A stretch of DNA of 32,000 bases from NCBI RefSeq assembly GCF_000012905.2, contig NC_007494.2, forward strand, positions 210,001 to 242,000, in the 5' to 3' direction. The DNA is from Cereibacter sphaeroides 2.4.1 (GTDB taxonomy: Bacteria; Pseudomonadota; Alphaproteobacteria; Rhodobacterales; Rhodobacteraceae). Under the pieces are notes generated by a model that was given only the letters and a program-made list of their open reading frames with translations, had not been told where the DNA came from and did no database searches. Position 1 is the first letter of the stretch; every line of letters begins with the position of its first letter. The position numbers and the translations under genes were made by a program. Below are positions 28,542 through 32,000 of the stretch, in pieces.

Positions 28542-28671
28542 GGGCTCTTCCTCTGTGGCGGCAGATCGAGGCCCGCCCGGGGCCGGGGCGCAGCGCTCCG
28601 GCAGGCGCACCGCCTCCGGGCCGTCACCCGTCCAAGCCCGCTTTCACTCTGCCCAAATATCCTCGGGGGGA

Positions 28672-28715
28672 GGGTCCGGCCGCGAGGCCGGGCCCGTGGG
28701 GGGCAGACAGCCCCC
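28672..28715 (-). other. Two adjacent GC-rich hairpins in the spacer between the CbiM-like gene and cobB
   Basis: 28672-28695 is a 10-bp stem, GGGTCCGGCC/GGCCGGGCCC, with one G-U pair and a 4-nt loop. 28699-28715 is a 6-bp stem, GGGGGC/GCCCCC, with a 5-nt loop. Neither has a U-tract. Confidence 0.35.
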
Positions 28716-28769
28716 TCTCTGTCGGCGCGCCCGGGCACAACGCCGCGCGTCCGGGCGCAGGTCTCCGTC

Positions 28770-29447
28770 TCAGGCCGCCTGATGCAGGCGCGGCGTGAAG
28801 AGCCCCGACGAGGCGAAGCGGCTGCCGGCCTTGGCCGCGGCCAGCACCGCGAGATCGGCCAGCGGCTCGATCAGCACCACCAGCATGTAGGCGCTGCCGA
28901 AGGTGGCGATGGAGGTCAGGTTCCCGGCCTCCACCCCCTGGCCCAGCAGGGCCCAGAAGGCGACCCAGGCCACCACGCCGCCCTGATAGGCGGTCGAGAG
29001 CGCGAGCGCCTGGCCGTAGCGCAGCTCCACATAGGGACAGTCGGGAGCGATGATCCGGTCGGCAAGCGCCTTGACGGCGAAGAGCGGCACGAGCAGCGTC
29101 GTGACGTTCATGCCATATTGCGGCAGGTCGAAGGGCGCGAAGAAGAGCCCCTGAACCAGCAGCCCGAGGGCGAGCCCTAGGGCTGCCGGCGCCGCTCCGA
29201 GGATCAGGAAAAGGGTCGAGCCTAGGATCAGGTGGACCTCCGAGACGCCCACCGGATAATGCGGGAAGATCTCGAAGAAGGTGAAGACGCAGGCCGTGGC
29301 GATCAGCGCGCGTGCCGCGAGGGACAGGAGACCCTTCTCGCGAATGGCCTCCCAGCCCAGCTTCAGCGTGTAGAGACCCGCCGTGGCGGCGGTGGCATAG
29401 CCTGCGATGAGCTTGGCGCCGGTCACCAGACCGGGTTCGATATGCAT
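28770..29447 (-). CDS. CbiM-like metal (cobalt) uptake membrane protein, solitary (no adjacent cbiN/Q/O)
   Basis: 225 aa starting at MHIEPGLVTGAKLIAGYATAATAG, with about 6-7 predicted TM segments. It has a CbiM-like N-terminal Met-His and a SEVHLILGSTLFLILGAAPAALGLALGLLVQGLFF...GMNV core, comparable to the CbiM pattern SxxH...G...Q...GxN. SD AGGAGG precedes ATG 29447. It lies directly downstream of a B12 riboswitch. The track ORF 28770..29660 over-extends into the riboswitch. Confidence 0.75.
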   Translation of the reverse strand: MHIEPGLVTGAKLIAGYATAATAGLYTLKLGWEAIREKGLLSLAARALIATACVFTFFEIFPHYPVGVSEVHLILGSTLFLILGAAPAALGLALGLLVQGLFFAPFDLPQYGMNVTTLLVPLFAVKALADRIIAPDCPYVELRYGQALALSTAYQGGVVAWVAFWALLGQGVEAGNLTSIATFGSAYMLVVLIEPLADLAVLAAAKAGSRFASSGLFTPRLHQAA

Positions 29448-29514
29448 GTGGTCCTCCTGGCCGTCATCCCCGACGGCGGTGGGGTGGAGCCGGTCTCCCG
29501 GCGGACAGGCGCTT

Positions 29515-29695
29515 GCGCGCTCGACGGCAGGTCTCCTGACTCGCGGGTCGCGGCCTTCCCCGAACCTTCCCGGGCCCTTTCGGTCCAGTGGCGTCTTCGG
29601 GGCGGGCTCGCCGCTCACAGTTGCGGGGGCAGTCGCGGAACTGGGGTCAGCACCCCTCACCGCGTTCCCTTTTCATCCCTTGACCTTGCGGCGTT
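29515..29695 (-). promoter_or_regulatory. Cobalamin (B12) riboswitch
   Basis: The reverse complement reads ...GGTCAAGGGATGAAAAGGGAACGCGGTGAGGGG...CTGCCCCCGCAACTGTGAGCGG...GCCACTGGACCGAAAGGGCCCGGGAAGG...CGCGAGTCAGGAGACCTGCCGTCG. This includes the conserved GGGAA..GGTG, GCCCCCGCAACTGT, GCCACTG and GGGAAGG elements. The B12 box AGTCAGGAGACCTGCC is at 29526-29541. It lies ~70 nt upstream of the CbiM-like ATG. Confidence 0.85.
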
Positions 29696-30059
29696 CGGGA
29701 ACCGTCATAGCCCGGCGTGACAGATCCCGGTGCCCGCGTCAACTGCGGCACGGGCAGGCCGGGCCTTTGCCCAAGGCGGACAGCCAGCGACCGGACGTCG
29801 CGGCCGCGCGCCCGGGGCCCCGCGGCGGCTGTCGGCCGCGGCAAGAGCGCGCTCCCTCGCAGGTGCAGCAAGATGCGGTCCGCGCATGACTTTCGGCCGT
29901 CAAGCCGCTCATCCTGCGGCATAATGCAGCGGTCAGCGTCCCGTTCGCTGCATGACGGGACTGCAGGGGCGCCGGTAGACGCTGCTGCGCCGCAGCAATA
30001 TGTTCCCGCCATCAATCGGCCTGCCGTCATGGGCCCGCCCTTCTGGAAAGAGTCTCAAG

Positions 30060-30410
30060 ATGAAAACGATCATGGCCGCCGCCGCCGCTACGATGATGCT
30101 GGTTCCCGCCGCCTTTGCAGGCGAGATCGCGCTGAAGGCCCCGATGCAGGCCCAGAGCCTGCACGAGGGCGCGCTCGATCTCGTGGCCTACCGCCGCGAT
30201 CTCGCGGAAGGCGGGCTCGAAGTCACTGCCGCCTTCCGCGCCCGCACGCCGTCGGGCGAGCCGCAGGTGGTCAAGATGCTCCTCGCCGATCAGGACCGGG
30301 TGCAGTTCTCGATGCCGTCCGACCTGCGCACGGTCTATACCTTCGCCCGCGTTGCGGATCAGGTGACGATCACCGCCGAACCCGTGGCCTTCAGCCTCGC
30401 CTCGCAGTGA
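30060..30410 (+). CDS. Small secreted hypothetical protein
   Basis: 116 aa starting at MKTIMAAAAATMMLVPAAFA|GEIALKAP (Sec signal, AFA-G cleavage-like). SD GGAAAGAG lies upstream. A strong terminator follows. I recognise no family. Confidence 0.6.
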   Translation: MKTIMAAAAATMMLVPAAFAGEIALKAPMQAQSLHEGALDLVAYRRDLAEGGLEVTAAFRARTPSGEPQVVKMLLADQDRVQFSMPSDLRTVYTFARVADQVTITAEPVAFSLASQ

Positions 30411-30445
30411 GCGCACCCCGCGCCCGCGCGACCCGCGCTGACAGC

Positions 30446-30476
30446 AAAAGGCCGGACCCTCGGGTCCGGCCTTTCC
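30446..30476. terminator. Bidirectional rho-independent terminator
   Basis: AAAA-GGCCGGACCC-tc-GGGTCCGGCC-TTT. This is a 10-bp GC stem flanked by an A-run and a T-run. It sits between the convergent small secreted gene (stop 30410) and opgG/D (stop 30498). Confidence 0.75.
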
Positions 30477-30497
30477 CTTGTGGCGCACGCCCCCGCC

Positions 30498-32000
30498 TCA
30501 GCGCAGGCGATGGATCTGGGCCAGATGGAACTGGCCGAGCCAGGTCTCCGTGAGCGGCACGCCGTCCTGCGCGATATAGGCGCGCAGGTCCACCGTGTCC
30601 GTCTCGGCCGGGGCCTTCAGGTCGAAGGTCAGCCGCCAGCGATCCGTCCCAACCACCCGCACGACGAAGGGATTGACCACCTTCACCCCTTCGGGCGCCG
30701 AGATCTCGGGCGTGGCCCCCTCGCGCGGGTCGAGCCCTTCGAGCGCCGGGCCCGCGAAGTCGAGCACGACCTTGATCGCATCCTTCGGACGGGGCTGGCC
30801 GGGCACGCCGCCATTGCCCACCTGCGTGGCGACGGTGCGGGCGAGCGGCATCTCGACGGGGGGCTCGTCCACCCAGTGCATCCGGTAGTCGAAGCGCAGC
30901 TCGTCTCCGGCCTTGGGCGCGGTCTCCGGGTTCCAGAAGGCCACGATATTGTCGTAGATCTCGTCGTCGGTGGGGATCTCGACCAGCTGCACCGCGCCCG
31001 CGCCCCAGTCCGAGGTGGGCTCGATCCAGACGGCCGGGCGCTTGTCGTAGAAGACCCCGTCATCCTGATAATGGTTGAAATCCCGGTCGCGCTGCACGAG
31101 GCCGAAGCCCTTGAGCCCGCGGTCGAGGTAGCTCGAGGTCACCACGCGGTCGGGGTTGTTCAGCGGCCGCCAGATATGCTCGCCCGCGCCGGTATGGATC
31201 ATGAGCCCGTCGGTGTCGTGCACTTCCGGCCGCCAGTCCGCGGACTGGAAGCGGTTGCTCTCGGAATACCAGAACATCGAGGTGAGCGGCGCCACGCCCA
31301 GACGCTCGACCGGGGCGCGGAAGAAGAGGCGGCTCGAGATGTCCATGACCTGGCCCTTGCCGGGCGTGTCGCGCATCACCATCCGGTAGGCGCCGGTCAC
31401 GCTCGGCCCGTCCATCAGTGCGTTCACGATGGTCGCGCCGTCCGGCCCGGGCTCGAGGTAGAACTCCGTGAACCGCGGGAACTCCTCGGGGATCGAGAGG
31501 CCGGTGTTCAGCGCCACGGCGCGCGCCGACAGCCCGTACTGGCGCAGGGCGCCGTCGCTGCGGAAATAGGCCGCGCCCAGAAACGAGATCCAGTCGCTCT
31601 TCATGTCCGGCCGCATGAGCCGGAAGCCCGCGAAGCCCGCGTTCGTCTCGAGACCGTGCGCCGGGCTGTCCTCGGGCATCTCGAAATAGTCGGGGCTGTA
31701 GACCACCTCGCGGGCTTCGCCCTCGGCCACGGTGAAGATCTTCACCGGCTGGCGGAAGTAGGTGCCGAGATGGAAGAACTGCGCGAACGTGTCTCCCACC
31801 TGCACCGAGGCCGCATCGCGGAAGCGGATGCGCCAGTGCGCGTCGTAGTCGATCTTCTCCAGCACCTCGGGATGCTCGATCGGGGTCGGCGCATAGGGCT
31901 GGCGCGCAAGGGTTGCGGCGCGCTCGGCCAGAAGGTCGAAGGAGAAGGCGGACGGCGCCGAGAACACCGGGCCGGAGGAGGCCGCCGCGGGGACGGGGGT
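30498..32000 (-). CDS. Periplasmic glucan biosynthesis protein, OpgG/OpgD (MdoG/MdoD) family. Partial: the N-terminal signal region lies beyond the window end.
   Basis: Track ORF 30498..31967 contains ...FFHLGTYFRQPVKIF..., AGFRLMRP, FLGAAYFR, SARAVALNTG, PRFTEFYLEP, FGLVQRDRDFNHYQDD, PAVWIEP and DNIVAFWNP. The reading frame stays open to 32000 (..TPVPAAAASSGPVFSAP..), so the listed Met is internal. Confidence 0.9.
   Translation of the reverse strand, partial: TPVPAAASSGPVFSAPSAFSFDLLAERAATLARQPYAPTPIEHPEVLEKIDYDAHWRIRFRDAASVQVGDTFAQFFHLGTYFRQPVKIFTVAEGEAREVVYSPDYFEMPEDSPAHGLETNAGFAGFRLMRPDMKSDWISFLGAAYFRSDGALRQYGLSARAVALNTGLSIPEEFPRFTEFYLEPGPDGATIVNALMDGPSVTGAYRMVMRDTPGKGQVMDISSRLFFRAPVERLGVAPLTSMFWYSESNRFQSADWRPEVHDTDGLMIHTGAGEHIWRPLNNPDRVVTSSYLDRGLKGFGLVQRDRDFNHYQDDGVFYDKRPAVWIEPTSDWGAGAVQLVEIPTDDEIYDNIVAFWNPETAPKAGDELRFDYRMHWVDEPPVEMPLARTVATQVGNGGVPGQPRPKDAIKVVLDFAGPALEGLDPREGATPEISAPEGVKVVNPFVVRVVGTDRWRLTFDLKAPAETDTVDLRAYIAQDGVPLTETWLGQFHLAQIHRLR

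Noticed and set aside
28755-28771. A B12-box-like string (reverse complement GAGACGGAGACCTGCGC) suggested a second cobalamin riboswitch upstream of cobB.
   Set aside because: It overlaps the stop codon of the CbiM-like CDS, so the rest of the aptamer would have to lie inside that CDS. None of the other conserved elements (GGGAA..GGTG, GCCCCCGCAACTGT, GCCACTG) occur in 28542-28950 on the minus strand.
29647-30030. A 127-aa minus-strand ORF upstream of the riboswitch, with weak periodicity in 29821-29880.
   Set aside because: The translation is Arg/Pro/Gly-rich. Its 3' end would run into the riboswitch aptamer, and the periodicity disappears in neighbouring blocks.
1-32000. I looked for mobile elements, CRISPR repeats, tRNA/rRNA genes, integrase or transposase genes, toxin-antitoxin pairs and defence-system hallmarks.
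   Set aside because: None is supported. I saw no regularly spaced direct repeats, no tRNA T-arm-like GGTTCGAATCC strings in the gaps, and no transposase, integrase, nuclease or ATPase-type defence proteins among the credible CDS. GC content and codon usage look uniform by eye, so the window looks like core chromosome rather than an island.

Overview
This is a high-GC, densely coding chromosomal window that looks alphaproteobacterial. The gene content points to Rhodobacteraceae (irr divergent from fabA-fabB-fabI, OpgG/D, cobB, an MprF/LpiA homologue), but that placement is inference only. I support about 29 CDS, one cobalamin riboswitch and a few terminator-like hairpins.

Gene order from left to right:
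- A partial YbhF-like tandem ABC ATPase, a HlyD-type adaptor, and MprF.
- A ~1.1 kb stretch (5305-6434) with no intact ORF.
- A long co-directional minus-strand block: NitT/TauT-type ABC importer, GntR regulator, IorA/IorB-type molybdenum hydroxylase and a dihaem cytochrome c.
- A divergent FAH / RraA-like aldolase / HIBADH-like dehydrogenase / TauE operon.
- An NCS1 permease and a VOC protein.
- fabI-fabB-fabA divergent from irr, then a transglutaminase-like protein.
- A thiolase / 3-hydroxyacyl-CoA dehydrogenase / acyl-CoA dehydrogenase / alpha-methylacyl-CoA-racemase-like operon.
- cobB preceded by a solitary CbiM-like membrane protein under a B12 riboswitch.
- A small secreted protein and a partial OpgG/D.

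I found no transposase, integrase, phage genes, CRISPR array, tRNA/rRNA or recognisable defence or toxin genes. Most long ORFs in the six-frame track are antisense or off-frame artefacts of the high GC content.

Nothing here is clearly a novel system. The points most worth follow-up are:
- the B12-riboswitch-controlled stand-alone CbiM-like gene;
- the uncharacterised ABC / GntR / Mo-hydroxylase / aldolase / TauE catabolic locus;
- the methyl-branched acyl-CoA operon, which has a racemase but no hydratase;
- the gene-less 5305-6434 region, which still shows codon periodicity with a frame switch.
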